Positions 18,011-28,316 of a DNA stretch of 64,000 bases are shown here, piece after piece. The position numbers and the translations under genes were made by a program. Below the pieces are notes generated by a model. The model had not been told where the DNA came from, searched no databases, and saw nothing but the letters and a program-made list of their open reading frames with translations. Each line of letters opens with the position of its first letter. Within the stretch, counting starts at the first letter, position 1. Source of the DNA: Candidatus Altiarchaeota archaeon (GTDB lineage Archaea; Altiarchaeota; Altiarchaeia; IMC4; SCGC-AAA252-I15); assembly GCA_043800705.1 (NCBI GenBank), contig JAZDMS010000021.1, forward strand, positions 1 through 64,000, in the 5' to 3' direction.

Positions 18011-19501
18011 CTATTGCACGAACACGAAGTTCTTGAACTGCCAGACGTCCTCTTTGTCGTAGTCGTTGGCGGGGTTCTCCCTGAAATACACCTGCCGGTT
18101 CTTCAATGGCGTCCAGTCCGACGGCCCGGAGTGGAATTCGCCGAGGTACGGCTTCGCTATGTCCAGCACGAAGTCGTGGGGCAGGTCGTCCGGGAGGCAG
18201 AAGCCCTTCTTGGGGTTCTTTATCATCCAAATCGCCGCGGCTATGACGCCCAACGCGACCTGGAGGGTGGTGGCGTTCTCGCCGGGGGCCAGGCGCCTTG
18301 CCTCTTCGATTGACAGTATGCTGCCGGTCCACCATGAATTGTACGGGTGCCCCATCAGGAGGGCTCCGAGTGTGTCGGAGCCGGATATGATGTCCGTGTC
18401 GCCCATGATCCTCAGATTGGACTGCATCTCGTAGTTCCTGCACCTCAGCTCGTGCAGGGAAACTATGGTCGCGTCGCACGGCATGTAGGCGTAATGAACA
18501 GTAGGCCTGTAGACGGCCTTGCCGCCCTCCCATACGGTCCACCTGTCCGAGAGGCTGAACGCCTCACCGTGGCGTATCACCATCCCCACTATCTCATGGT
18601 TGGGGATCCAGGAACGGACATATGTGTTCATCCCCATCTGGGCGAGCATTATCTGGTTCTTCGGTCCCTTCTGGGGCGCATATGCCAGGGGCGGCAGCTT
18701 TTTCTCATGGGTCCCCCATCCCATCTCGGCGGGGGCGGTCCCCTCCTCCCTGAGGCCTTCGATGCTCCAGGTGCCGACGAATTCGTCTACCTCCTTCGGC
18801 TTGTTCGAGATCTGCGTGTCCCGCTCGGAGCAGTGTATGACCTTTATGCCGACGGCCCGCGCCAGCTCCGGGAACCTCCGACCGTCCATCAGCCCCCTCA
18901 GACTCTTCGGATCCTTTGCCTTCCCGTCCGCGATCATACGCTCAGCGATGTCGATGAGCCCCTGCTTCGCGAAGTGCGAGATGAGGCCGGGATTGGCTCC
19001 GTGGTCGACGACGAATGTCGTTGCGTCCTTCCAGTCCTTCGTGAGCTCTCTCAGCCTCATCTGCCGGAGGTATAGGGATTTCTCGTATGGGGTCGCCGTG
19101 AACCGCTCTGTGTAGGAGTCCCAGACCTCGACGGACGTGTTGACGTACAGGACCTCGCGGTCGTGGCACCATTTGACTATGTCGCAGCAGTCGATGTTCC
19201 ATGCCAGGTCGATGAGGAGGCCGCCCTGCTCTAGGTGCTCGGAGAGGATTTGACCCATATCCCCGGGGGTTATCTTCTGGCGCAGGTACCTGAGTCCCTT
19301 GTCGGTCCAGGGCTTCAGCGCCTCCTGCTTGTCTTCGAAGTCTATTATCGTGACCTTTTCCGGCGGGACATTCACATGGCCCAGGAATATAGGCAGTGCG
19401 CACTTGGAGACCGCGCCGTAGCCGATGATTAGGACCTTGTGGTTGAACTCGATGCCGGTCTTTGCAGAAGAATTTTTCCGTGGTTTGGGCGGTTCGATCA
19501 T
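18011..19501 (-). CDS. hss: homospermidine synthase
   Basis: IGYGAV, HGANPGLISHF, SERDTQ, TWSIEG, AEMGWGTHE and NATTLQV motifs. Confidence 0.93.
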   Translation of the reverse strand: MIEPPKPRKNSSAKTGIEFNHKVLIIGYGAVSKCALPIFLGHVNVPPEKVTIIDFEDKQEALKPWTDKGLRYLRQKITPGDMGQILSEHLEQGGLLIDLAWNIDCCDIVKWCHDREVLYVNTSVEVWDSYTERFTATPYEKSLYLRQMRLRELTKDWKDATTFVVDHGANPGLISHFAKQGLIDIAERMIADGKAKDPKSLRGLMDGRRFPELARAVGIKVIHCSERDTQISNKPKEVDEFVGTWSIEGLREEGTAPAEMGWGTHEKKLPPLAYAPQKGPKNQIMLAQMGMNTYVRSWIPNHEIVGMVIRHGEAFSLSDRWTVWEGGKAVYRPTVHYAYMPCDATIVSLHELRCRNYEMQSNLRIMGDTDIISGSDTLGALLMGHPYNSWWTGSILSIEEARRLAPGENATTLQVALGVIAAAIWMIKNPKKGFCLPDDLPHDFVLDIAKPYLGEFHSGPSDWTPLKNRQVYFRENPANDYDKEDVWQFKNFVFVQ

Positions 19502-19661
19502 TTGCTTATTGTCTGTAGATAGAGGTATATGTTATCGACAATCTGGTTTAAATATCGTCGGGGGATGGGGAATGCGCCCCCCTGTTTCATCCAGGCTGGC
19601 ATCGGAGGATTTTCTCGCGATGTCGGGACGGATTTATACGACCGTGCCATTATACGATTAC

Positions 19662-20765
19662 ATGAACGTCGACGGCAGGCGAATGAGGAGCATATGGGCG
19701 AAAAAGGGCGATGATTCCGTGATACAGGCGATCGATCAGCGGCATCTGCCGCATAATCTCGTCATTGAGGATCTCAGGACATCCGCCGACGTCGTTGCCG
19801 CAATAAGGGACATGCACGTCCGAGGCGCCCCGCTCATCGGAGCCACCGCAGCCTATGGGATGTATCTGGCGGCCCTTGAAGCCCCAAAAGACGGATTCGA
19901 CGGATACGTCGCCGACGCCGCAGGTAGGCTGAAGGCGGCGCGGCCCACTGCGGTCAACCTCCAATGGGCGGTAGGCAGACAATTGACTGCTATGAGGGGT
20001 TCAGGCTCTGCTGATGACAAGATCGCGGCCGCATTCGCTGGCGCCAACGCCATGGCCGACGAGGACGCCGCCAACTGCAGACTTATCGGCGAACACGGGC
20101 TGAAGCTGTTAGAGGATATCAGCCGCCGCAAAAAAGGCGGCACCGTCAACATCCTGACACACTGCAACGCCGGCTGGCTGGCGTGCGTCGACTACGGCAC
20201 GGCCACTGCTCCGATGTATGCGGCCTATGACAGGGGAATCCCCATACACGTCTGGGTCGACGAGACGAGGCCGAGGAACCAGGGAGCGAACCTCACAGCA
20301 TGGGAGCTTGGAAGACACGGCGTGCCCCACACGGTGATAGTCGATAACGCCGGTGGCCACCTCATGCAGCACGGGAGGGTCGACATGGTCATCGTCGGCT
20401 CCGACAGGACGACGTATACGGGATATGTCGCAAACAAGATCGGGACCTACCTGAAGGCGCTGGCTGCTAAGGACAACGGAATCCCTTTCTATGTCGCTTT
20501 GCCTTCCTCGACCTTCGACTGGCGGATGAGGGACGGGCTGAAGGAGATCCCTATCGAGGAGAGGGACCCGGACGAGGTAAGATACGTGAGAGGCCTCTGC
20601 GATGACGGGATCAAGGACGTCCTTATAACCCCCAAGGAGAGCAGGGCCGCGAACTTCGCCTTCGACGTCACGCCTCCCGGGCTTGTGAGCGGCCTCATCA
20701 CCGAGAGGGGGGTCTGCGCAGCGAACGAGAAGGGGATAAGGGGAATGTTCCCGGAAAAAAGCTGA
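19662..20765 (+). CDS. mtnA: S-methyl-5-thioribose-1-phosphate isomerase
   Basis: VRGAPLIG, ARPTAVNL, LTHCNAGWLA, ETRPRNQGA and ANKIGTY motifs. Confidence 0.95.
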   Translation: MNVDGRRMRSIWAKKGDDSVIQAIDQRHLPHNLVIEDLRTSADVVAAIRDMHVRGAPLIGATAAYGMYLAALEAPKDGFDGYVADAAGRLKAARPTAVNLQWAVGRQLTAMRGSGSADDKIAAAFAGANAMADEDAANCRLIGEHGLKLLEDISRRKKGGTVNILTHCNAGWLACVDYGTATAPMYAAYDRGIPIHVWVDETRPRNQGANLTAWELGRHGVPHTVIVDNAGGHLMQHGRVDMVIVGSDRTTYTGYVANKIGTYLKALAAKDNGIPFYVALPSSTFDWRMRDGLKEIPIEERDPDEVRYVRGLCDDGIKDVLITPKESRAANFAFDVTPPGLVSGLITERGVCAANEKGIRGMFPEKS

Positions 20766-20807
20766 AGCGCGGCCGGGGTTTTATTCGCCTGCCAACATAT
20801 TAGTTAC

Positions 20808-21779
20808 ATGGTCTTCGTTGAGCTGTTCACGCTTGTCATTTTCACAGTCATTCTCGCAAGGTCTTCTTCGGTCGTGGTGGACAATGCGATTACCCTGGCG
20901 ACCCACTTCGGGGTGAGCCAGCTGGCTATAGGGATCCTGCTTGTCGCGGTGTCGACGTCCCTGCCTGAGCTTTCCGTTTCTGTTTCCTCGTCTGTCGCTA
21001 AAGAGGGGGCGATAGCGGCGGGCAACGTATTCGGCTCCAACATCGCCAACATCCTGCTCATCCTCGGCATCGGCGCCTACAGCTTCGGTTTCAGGGTCGA
21101 CAGGGAGAGCCTCAAGGACATAGCGCTTATCCTTCTGCTTACGACCATCATCTCGGTCTATATCATAATCCACTCGCAGATGTGGGGCAACGCCCTCGGC
21201 TTCTTGGAGGGGTTAGTACTCCTTATCATCGCCATCCTGTACGCCAGCCACATGCTCCACCACAAGTCCCGCGGGGCGTTCGATGAGGGGCCCCATGTCA
21301 GCCGCCGCATCGCGTTCAGGTCGTTCCTCCTCTTCTTCGCTGGGATAGTCGCTGTCATCATCAGCTCAAGCCTAGTCGTCGACTCGGCGGTGAAGCTGGC
21401 GAATCTGCTGGGGCTTTCGAAGAGCTTCATAGGCGCCACGCTGATCGCGGTCGGCACGTCCCTTCCAGAACTCACCGTCGACCTTCAGGCCATCAGGAAG
21501 AGGCACTACAGCCTGGCCTTGGGCGACGCCATCGGAAGCAACATGGTGAACATAACCCTCGTCCTCGGGGCTGCGGCGCTCATCAGCCCCATAACGGTGA
21601 ATCTCCAGATATTCAATGCCGCGCTGCTTTTCGCGGTGGTCGCGAACATGCTCTTCTTCTACATAGCAGTCGTCAAAAGGCAGTTCGACAGAAGGAGCGG
21701 GATGATAATGCTGGCAACATACGCATTCTACCTGATACTGATATTCGGCCTACAGTCCTCGGAGCTGCTCCCGGCCTGA
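20808..21779 (+). CDS. sodium:calcium antiporter (CaCA family)
   Basis: Two alpha repeats: TSLPEL..GNVFGSNIAN and TSLPEL..GDAIGSNMVN. Confidence 0.93.
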   Translation: MVFVELFTLVIFTVILARSSSVVVDNAITLATHFGVSQLAIGILLVAVSTSLPELSVSVSSSVAKEGAIAAGNVFGSNIANILLILGIGAYSFGFRVDRESLKDIALILLLTTIISVYIIIHSQMWGNALGFLEGLVLLIIAILYASHMLHHKSRGAFDEGPHVSRRIAFRSFLLFFAGIVAVIISSSLVVDSAVKLANLLGLSKSFIGATLIAVGTSLPELTVDLQAIRKRHYSLALGDAIGSNMVNITLVLGAAALISPITVNLQIFNAALLFAVVANMLFFYIAVVKRQFDRRSGMIMLATYAFYLILIFGLQSSELLPA

Positions 21780-21790
21780 GCCGGGGAGGC

Positions 21791-22753
21791 CTACGTGACC
21801 GTTGCGGAAAGCTCGTCTATGCTCGCCATCTCATCCGAGGACAGCCTGAGGCCCATCGCCTTCGCGCTCTCCTGTGCCTGGGAGGCTTTGCTCGCTCCCG
21901 GGATGGCGACTATGGTTTCGCCGTGGAAGCCGACGGTCCATGCCAGGGCGACCTGCGATACGGACGCTTCATGCGACTTCGCCACCGCATCCAGCGCCTC
22001 GACAAGCGGCCTTGAGCCCTCGATCTCCTTCTTCAGCCTCATCCGCCTCATGAGCGGGATCCTCCCAAGCAGGCCTGGGTCCTTGTGGAACTTGCCGGTC
22101 AGAAGGCCCATCTCGAGGGGCGAGTATGCGATGATCGTAGTGCCTAATTCCACTGCGGCATCGAGCACGCCGTTGCCCTCGATGCTGCGGTCCAGGAGGC
22201 TGTATCGGACCTGGTTGGATGCGAGCGGGTAGCCCCTCGTCTCCAAAGCAGCGTGCGCCTTCCTCATCTGGGGCGCGCTGAAGTTGCTGACACCGACCGC
22301 CCGGATCTTGTGCGCATCGAGCAGGTCCGCCATCGCGTCCATCTCCGCCTTCCTCGACGACAGGGATGCGGGGAAATGTATCTGGTGGAGGTCGAGGTGA
22401 TAGGGCGAGAGGTTCGATATCCTGGAGCCTATCGTCTTCCTGATCGACGACGCGGTCCGCAGGAAGGGGCTCCACTTGGTTGCTATAACCGCATGCCCCA
22501 CCGAGACGCCCGCAGCCTGGAGGCCGTGGGACAGCGCTCGCTCGGAGCGGCCGAAGCCGTACATCTCGGCGGTGTCGAACCAGTTGATGCCCCCATCCGA
22601 TGCGGCCTTGACTATCTCGTCCGTCTCCTTTTGGGCGATGGCCGCCCACATCCCGGTCGCCCCGCCTTTTCCTTCGGAGAACTGCCAGGTCCCTAGGCCG
22701 ATGGGAGTCACTTCTATGCCGGATTTGCCGAGGCGACGCATCTTCGCAGCCAT
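21791..22753 (-). CDS. aldo/keto reductase
   Basis: GLGTWQ, FDTAEMYG, ATK, GVSNFS and IAYSPL motifs. Confidence 0.95.
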   Translation of the reverse strand: MAAKMRRLGKSGIEVTPIGLGTWQFSEGKGGATGMWAAIAQKETDEIVKAASDGGINWFDTAEMYGFGRSERALSHGLQAAGVSVGHAVIATKWSPFLRTASSIRKTIGSRISNLSPYHLDLHQIHFPASLSSRKAEMDAMADLLDAHKIRAVGVSNFSAPQMRKAHAALETRGYPLASNQVRYSLLDRSIEGNGVLDAAVELGTTIIAYSPLEMGLLTGKFHKDPGLLGRIPLMRRMRLKKEIEGSRPLVEALDAVAKSHEASVSQVALAWTVGFHGETIVAIPGASKASQAQESAKAMGLRLSSDEMASIDELSATVT

Positions 22754-22827
22754 GTAGGAGATTGGAACCCGGAATATTAATACGCGCCAACCAACTTCTT
22801 CCGGAAGCCGGACAGGGACATGAAACG

Positions 22828-23598
22828 CTAGAACCTCATCCGCTTGAAGGCGTATATGCCGGCCATCACAGTGACAACCGCGAACCCGGAGAGGACTGCA
22901 AAATCAAAAGCCATAGGGAATGTCGACGACCCTATCAGCGCGGCCCTGAGGCCGTCGACGGAGTACGTGACAGGGTCTATGAGCACGAACGGCGCGAGCC
23001 ACCCGGGCAGCTGGTCGATGGGGAAAAGCGCCCCGGAGAGGAAGAACATCGGGAATATGAGGAAGCTCGACACCATCTGGAAGCCCTCCGGGCTCTCCAT
23101 CTGTGAGCCTATGATGAGGCCGACGCTGACGAGACCAACGGTGGTGACGGCGAGGAATGCCAGAGAAATGGCCAGTGTGGCGGGAGTCAAGATGAGGCCG
23201 TCCATCAGGCCCGCCGCCGAGAACGCGTAGCCTATTGCTAGGAGTATGAGTATCTGGAGCATGGTGTCCGTGGAGCCCCCGACGACCTTGCCGAGGAACA
23301 TTACGCTCCGGGAGACCGGGGACACCAGCACCTCCTTGAGGAAGTCGATCTTCTTGTCCCAGACGATGTAGACGCCGAAGAAGACCGACGTGAAAAGGAC
23401 CGCCTGCACGAGCACTCCGGGGAATATGAACGTCTGGTAGTTGACGCCGCTTATCGAGACCGAGGACCCGAGGCCGCCGCCGATTATCACGAACCAGAGT
23501 ATGGGGTTGACTATGGATGCGACGACCCTGGAGCGCTCCCTCATGAAGACCTTCATCTCCCTGTACCACATCGCGTAGATGCCCGTCAACGCGCTCAT
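22828..23598 (-). CDS. ABC-2 type exporter permease
   Basis: Six TM helices, FLKEVLVSPVSR and FFLSGALFP. Confidence 0.93.
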   Translation of the reverse strand: MSALTGIYAMWYREMKVFMRERSRVVASIVNPILWFVIIGGGLGSSVSISGVNYQTFIFPGVLVQAVLFTSVFFGVYIVWDKKIDFLKEVLVSPVSRSVMFLGKVVGGSTDTMLQILILLAIGYAFSAAGLMDGLILTPATLAISLAFLAVTTVGLVSVGLIIGSQMESPEGFQMVSSFLIFPMFFLSGALFPIDQLPGWLAPFVLIDPVTYSVDGLRAALIGSSTFPMAFDFAVLSGFAVVTVMAGIYAFKRMRF

Positions 23599-24563
23599 TT
23601 TCTGCCCCTCGCAGCCATCGCCTTTTCAGCCCACCCGCCTTCCGGGGAGTCCTCCCTGATAGCCCTGCCGGTGTAGTGTATGAACACGTCCTCGAGGGAC
23701 GGCGAGCGGACTTCGACGGACTTTATCTTTCCGCAGATGCCCAGTATCTCCTGCAGGTGGATGCTGGCGTCTTCGACGGTCAGGCATACTTCGCCTTCGA
23801 ACCGCTGGACCTTCCTGACGTAGCTGAGCCCTTGAAGCGCCTTGATATCCGGCCGAGCTGCCTTCAGGCGTATGATGTCCCCGCCGAGTTCCTTCTTCAG
23901 CTTTTTGGGGGCGCCCATGACGACGATCTTCCCGCGGTCTATCACGGCAAGCCTGTCGCACAGGCGGTCGGCCTCCTCCATGTAATGGGTCGTGATGATG
24001 ATCGTGATCCTCTCCTCCTTCGCCATCCGCTTGATGTACTCCCAGATGTGGCCGCGCGACTGCGGGTCGAGGCCGAGAGTCGGCTCGTCGAGGAAAAGGA
24101 CCTTGGGGTGGTGCATGAGGCCCCTTCCTATCTCGAGCCTCCGTCTCATCCCTCCGGAGTAGTTTTTCACCCGGTCGTCCTTGCGGTCCGTGAGGTCGAC
24201 GAGGGCCAGGACCTCCCTGATCCGCTTCTCCCTCAGGTCGGAGGGCATGTCGTAGAGCCAGCCGTGGAGCTTGAGGTTCTCGTAGCCTGTCAGTATCTCG
24301 TCAGAGCTCGGGTCCTGGAACACGATGCCTATGGATTTCCTCACCTTCTCCGGCTGCCTGACGATGTCGTGGCCCCCGACCTTCGCGGACCCCGACGTCG
24401 GCTCCTTCAGGGTCGTCAGCATCATCAGTATCGTGGTCTTGCCCGCGCCGTTTGGGCCCAGGAGGCCGAATATCTCCCCCTCCCTGATCCGGAGGTTGAG
24501 AGCGTCGACTGCGACGAGCGTCCCATACTCCTTCGTCAGGTCCTTGGTCTCAATGACGTGCAT
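23595..24563 (-). CDS. ABC exporter ATP-binding protein (DrrA-like)
   Basis: GPNGAGKTT, YSGGMRRRL and LDEPT motifs. Confidence 0.95.
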   Translation of the reverse strand: MHVIETKDLTKEYGTLVAVDALNLRIREGEIFGLLGPNGAGKTTILMMLTTLKEPTSGSAKVGGHDIVRQPEKVRKSIGIVFQDPSSDEILTGYENLKLHGWLYDMPSDLREKRIREVLALVDLTDRKDDRVKNYSGGMRRRLEIGRGLMHHPKVLFLDEPTLGLDPQSRGHIWEYIKRMAKEERITIIITTHYMEEADRLCDRLAVIDRGKIVVMGAPKKLKKELGGDIIRLKAARPDIKALQGLSYVRKVQRFEGEVCLTVEDASIHLQEILGICGKIKSVEVRSPSLEDVFIHYTGRAIREDSPEGGWAEKAMAARGRK

Positions 24564-24632
24564 GATATGTTCCCTCCTTCGCCGAGATATGAATTAAGGG
24601 CATCGCGAGTATAAGCATTCGCGTTACCGACG

Positions 24633-25790
24633 CTATACCTTGCCGCGTGTACCGGCTTTTCCTAGCCATCCCAGGCGGGATTTCAAAGTTATCGCCTTGT
24701 GGGGGCACAGCTCATGGCAGCAGTAGCATCGTATGCACCTTCCCAGGTCCATGCGGGCCTTGTCGGAGACCGTTATCGCCTTTGCAGGGCAGTTCTGGGC
24801 GCATATCCCGCATCTGACGCAGTTTTTTCCCGCGACGGGGTAGGGGACGAGCAGCGCCAGCGCAAAGGACCGTAGAGCCTTCGAGGACATTACCCTGCCG
24901 ACGATCCCTTTCGCCCCCGATGCCGGCTTGAAGGGGACCATGACGTCGGCTATCTTCGCGCCGACGACTTCGATGTCCGAGACCTCTTGGGAACACAGTC
25001 CGCGGGCCATCGCCTGCCTCAGGATCACCACGTCCGCCGCGTTCATTCCGATCACTGATGTGGCGACGACGTCCAACGCGACGCTGTCCCCGCTCGCAAG
25101 TATTACTCCGGCCTTCTTCGGGCTCCCCTGCGCGCCGGGACCGTCCCCCTCCAATCCGACGACGCCGTCCATTATGCTGAGTGCCGGCTTCACGTGGCAG
25201 AGGATGTCAAGGAGCATGTCCGAGAACATCGCCGGGTCCGGGAACCTTAGGTGATATGTCGGCTTGATGAGTCCTGGGACGAGCCCGAACAGTATCTTCG
25301 TCGCTCCCGTGAACTGGGTCAGTGTGTGTGTCTTCATCTTGGGGAGCGTGATGACAAGCTCGACATCGTCGAGGACTGCGATGAGATCCATGCGTTTGAG
25401 CAGTTTGGCCCCCGGTATGGACCTCACGACCGCCGCCGTATCATAGTTCAGCATTGCGCCAGTCTCGTCTGCGACGGCCCTGTAGCCGCATCGTTCGTAG
25501 GCCGCATCCAGGGCCTTCCTGTTGAACGGGCCGCCGGGGCTGTCGGCTATTATCGGGATCCCGCCGGCGGACTGCACCTGGCGGACCACGGCCTTTACCA
25601 CTTCCGGATGCGTGGCTATGGACTGTTCCGGGGACGATGCCGCCAGCATGTTCACCTTCAGAAGCACCCTGTCCCCCTTTTTCACGAACCTGCCCATCCC
25701 GCCAAGAAGGGACAGAGCCTGTGCCACGGATGATTCCACTTCCTGTGCGCCGTATGTGGCGCACCGCACGATGGCAACCAGGGGAGCCAT
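24633..25790 (-). CDS. DUF362 protein with a C-terminal 2x[4Fe-4S] ferredoxin domain
   Basis: VLLKVN..THPEVV and PKMKTH; CVRCGICAQNCP and CIRCYCCHELCP. Confidence 0.9.
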   Translation of the reverse strand: MAPLVAIVRCATYGAQEVESSVAQALSLLGGMGRFVKKGDRVLLKVNMLAASSPEQSIATHPEVVKAVVRQVQSAGGIPIIADSPGGPFNRKALDAAYERCGYRAVADETGAMLNYDTAAVVRSIPGAKLLKRMDLIAVLDDVELVITLPKMKTHTLTQFTGATKILFGLVPGLIKPTYHLRFPDPAMFSDMLLDILCHVKPALSIMDGVVGLEGDGPGAQGSPKKAGVILASGDSVALDVVATSVIGMNAADVVILRQAMARGLCSQEVSDIEVVGAKIADVMVPFKPASGAKGIVGRVMSSKALRSFALALLVPYPVAGKNCVRCGICAQNCPAKAITVSDKARMDLGRCIRCYCCHELCPHKAITLKSRLGWLGKAGTRGKV

Positions 25791-25914
25791 AGGGCAGTAT
25801 GATGGAGCATGGGATTAAATGCAAGGAGGGGGGTCCAAAACTGGCGTTTTCGCCGAGGTTTCCCAGAGGATATTTTTAAGTTCATGTGCGGATAGTTAAT
25901 TCTGATGCTTTTTT

Positions 25915-26400
25915 ATGACAGATAATCCAACGGGCATGGCTTCGAGCTCGAAGACCCTTCGTTCGATCACACTGAAGGAGCCTTTGGTCGTGAATCCCCA
26001 GATGTCCATCTTCGAAGCTACGAAACTCATGGCAGCCAAGAACATCGACTCGGTCATCGTCGTCGGTTTGACTGGAAACCCGGACACGCCCCCGTCGCTT
26101 AGGAAGCCCCAGATACACGGAATCGTCACAGTCAAGGACGTCTCGAGCAGGGTCATCGCCAAAGGCCTCGACCCCGCCAGGGTGACGGTTGCACAGGTGA
26201 TGACCTCTCCGATTCAGTCGGTCTCCATCGACACGACGCTATACAAGGTCGTCATGATGATGAACCAGAACAACTTCAGGCAGGTGCCGGTCGTGGAAGG
26301 CGACAAGGTGGTCGGGCTGGTGACGGCCACGATGCTCAACACATCCATAATCAACGACATAGTGGATGACATCCGCCTGCTCACGACCATATTCAGGTGA
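25915..26400 (+). CDS. CBS domain protein
   Basis: GIVTVKD, VAQVMTSP and QVPVV..VVGLVT motifs. Confidence 0.88.
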   Translation: MTDNPTGMASSSKTLRSITLKEPLVVNPQMSIFEATKLMAAKNIDSVIVVGLTGNPDTPPSLRKPQIHGIVTVKDVSSRVIAKGLDPARVTVAQVMTSPIQSVSIDTTLYKVVMMMNQNNFRQVPVVEGDKVVGLVTATMLNTSIINDIVDDIRLLTTIFR

Positions 26401-26404
26401 GGGC

Positions 26405-26767
26405 CTAACCGAACGCTAATCCTGATATGACAGGCAGCACCAGGTATATCAGCAGCACCGTCAGGAACACATAGGATACCACGCTGATCACGATCGTCTG
26501 CATCTGGGAGCGGACGTCTTCCGCCCTGCAGGCGCCCCCCGACCTCCTTCTGACCGTCAGATACAGGGAGAGAGCAAGGAACAGCGTGCCTGCCATGACG
26601 AAGAACCACTTGTATCGCGGCAGCTTCAGGGCGGCGGCCGCGCTTCCAGCACCCAATGCGGAAAAAAAAAGGACAAACGCTATGGGGAAGCTGCAGCAGC
26701 TCGATGCTACGATCGCCGCCTTCATCCCGAGCCAGAACCCCTTCAGGCCCGCATCAGAATCCCGCAT
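26405..26767 (-). CDS. MerT-like heavy-metal membrane protein
   Basis: ASSCC motif in TM1; three TM helices. Confidence 0.6.
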   Translation of the reverse strand: MRDSDAGLKGFWLGMKAAIVASSCCSFPIAFVLFFSALGAGSAAAALKLPRYKWFFVMAGTLFLALSLYLTVRRRSGGACRAEDVRSQMQTIVISVVSYVFLTVLLIYLVLPVISGLAFG

Positions 26768-27001
26768 GATCCCCCGACCCAGCCGCCAACGGCGGCAGCT
26801 GAATCCGGCTAATTAGGCCGGATCCGACGACGCAGTACATATGATCTGATCAACAAAAAAAGTCATCAAATACTCATTTCCGCACCGTATTCAGTGGCAG
26901 CGTCCGCAACCTGGGCCCATGTGTTCACCTCTCATTTTTAATGTCCGAATACTACATAAGTTACCTGCGTATTTATAGCATCCAGTAACTTCGATGATAC
27001 C

Positions 27002-27478
27002 ATGAAAGCAAAAGCCAGGAAGCTGAACATCGCGCTGAGTCCGGAGGAGTTCTGCCCGACGAGGCAGTCGATACGGATACTGGGCAAGCAGTGGACCCTT
27101 TTGATCATCAAGGAGCTGTACTTCGCTAGGTATCAGCGCCTTGCGTTCATGGAAATCAGCAAGAAGCTCAAGGACGCATCCAGCAAGGTCCTTTCCGAGA
27201 GGCTGAAGGAGATGGTCCAGGACGGCATAGTCAAAAGGAGGGAGATGCCGGATGCGAAGCCGCCGAGGGTTTACTATTCCATCACACCCAAGGGCAGGGA
27301 CGCCTGCAGGATAATCGGGGAGTTCAAGAAGTACGGGATTAAATGGGGCAATAAGACCGAGACGTTCGACTGCAAAAATTACGAGTGCGAACTGTGCACG
27401 AAGCAACTGGAAAACGGGGGAATCCCCGCCCATCACCAGAAACTGGCGGAAAAGATAGGCGCATCGATACAGGTTTAA
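27002..27478 (+). CDS. HxlR-family transcriptional regulator with a Cys-rich tail
   Basis: CP..ILGKQWTLLII, SSKVLSERLKEM and PPRVYYSITPKG; tail CKNYECELC. Confidence 0.9.
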   Translation: MKAKARKLNIALSPEEFCPTRQSIRILGKQWTLLIIKELYFARYQRLAFMEISKKLKDASSKVLSERLKEMVQDGIVKRREMPDAKPPRVYYSITPKGRDACRIIGEFKKYGIKWGNKTETFDCKNYECELCTKQLENGGIPAHHQKLAEKIGASIQV

Positions 27479-27521
27479 AAAAAAAATCAGGGACATATGG
27501 GGTTGACCCCATATGCCATCC

Positions 27522-27929
27522 TTACTTCTGGCTCCAGAGGATGATTGCGATCACTGCCACCGTCACCGCCCCGTACACGACCAGCACGTACTTCAGCGGG
27601 ATGACGTCGGAAACTATCAGCATCACGCCGATTATCAGCGCCAACAGGCCAGTCGTCAGGAAGATCGCCTCGACAATGGTCCTGAACACGGCCTTCTTCA
27701 GCGCGATTCCGGTCTTTATGGCTTCGGCCTTTATCTCCCCCGCCTTCTGTTTGGCGTCCTCCTTGACCTGCTCGATCTTATCCTCGAGCCGATACCTGTC
27801 TAGGAAATACTTGAAGAACACCCCCCCGAGGGAGTCGACGACGTCCATCGCGATCCCGAAGGGGACTCCGCCGAGGATCCCCGGCGCCTTGGCGGTTTTT
27901 TTTCTGGCTGCGTCGGCTTTCTGCGCCAT
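27522..27929 (-). CDS. hypothetical membrane protein (2 TM)
   Basis: 135-aa ORF with backbone-like codon usage, coupled to the upstream gene. Confidence 0.6.
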   Translation of the reverse strand: MAQKADAARKKTAKAPGILGGVPFGIAMDVVDSLGGVFFKYFLDRYRLEDKIEQVKEDAKQKAGEIKAEAIKTGIALKKAVFRTIVEAIFLTTGLLALIIGVMLIVSDVIPLKYVLVVYGAVTVAVIAIILWSQK

Positions 27930-27930
27930 C

Positions 27931-28233
27931 TTATCTCTTTTTCAGCCTGGACATTATTATGGCGCCCGCCACGGCCCCGAGCACTGCCGCCGCGACTGCG
28001 GCGCCGGCCGGGTTCTTCCTGACTTCGACTTCGATCCGCTTCCTGGCCTTGCCGATGTTCTTCTTCAGCTTCTTGGTCTCCTTGACGACTGTCTTGCCGG
28101 ATCCTTTGGAGATGCTCTTGTAGTTGTTCAAGAGCTTCGTCTCTACATCGCTTAGCGCCTTCTGGATGCGCTTCTTCTGTTCTGCACTGACTATCGGTTT
28201 TTTTAGAGCATTTGCCTTCTTTTTTGCGGCCAT
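27931..28233 (-). CDS. basic tail-anchored protein (ElaB/DUF883-like C terminus)
   Basis: Lys-rich body ending VRKNPAGAAVAAAVLGAVAGAIIMSR. Confidence 0.6.
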   Translation of the reverse strand: MAAKKKANALKKPIVSAEQKKRIQKALSDVETKLLNNYKSISKGSGKTVVKETKKLKKNIGKARKRIEVEVRKNPAGAAVAAAVLGAVAGAIIMSRLKKR

Positions 28234-28316
28234 TTTTTTTCACCTCGAGATTGTAGGTTATAGATTTGTGCAAGGATATATAAACGGTGCGTTAAACGGG
28301 TGATGCCCGCATCATC

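Noticed and set aside
18009-18542. N-terminal extension of the decarboxylase ORF (576 aa)
   Set aside because: It overlaps hss in another frame; the real start is at 18008.
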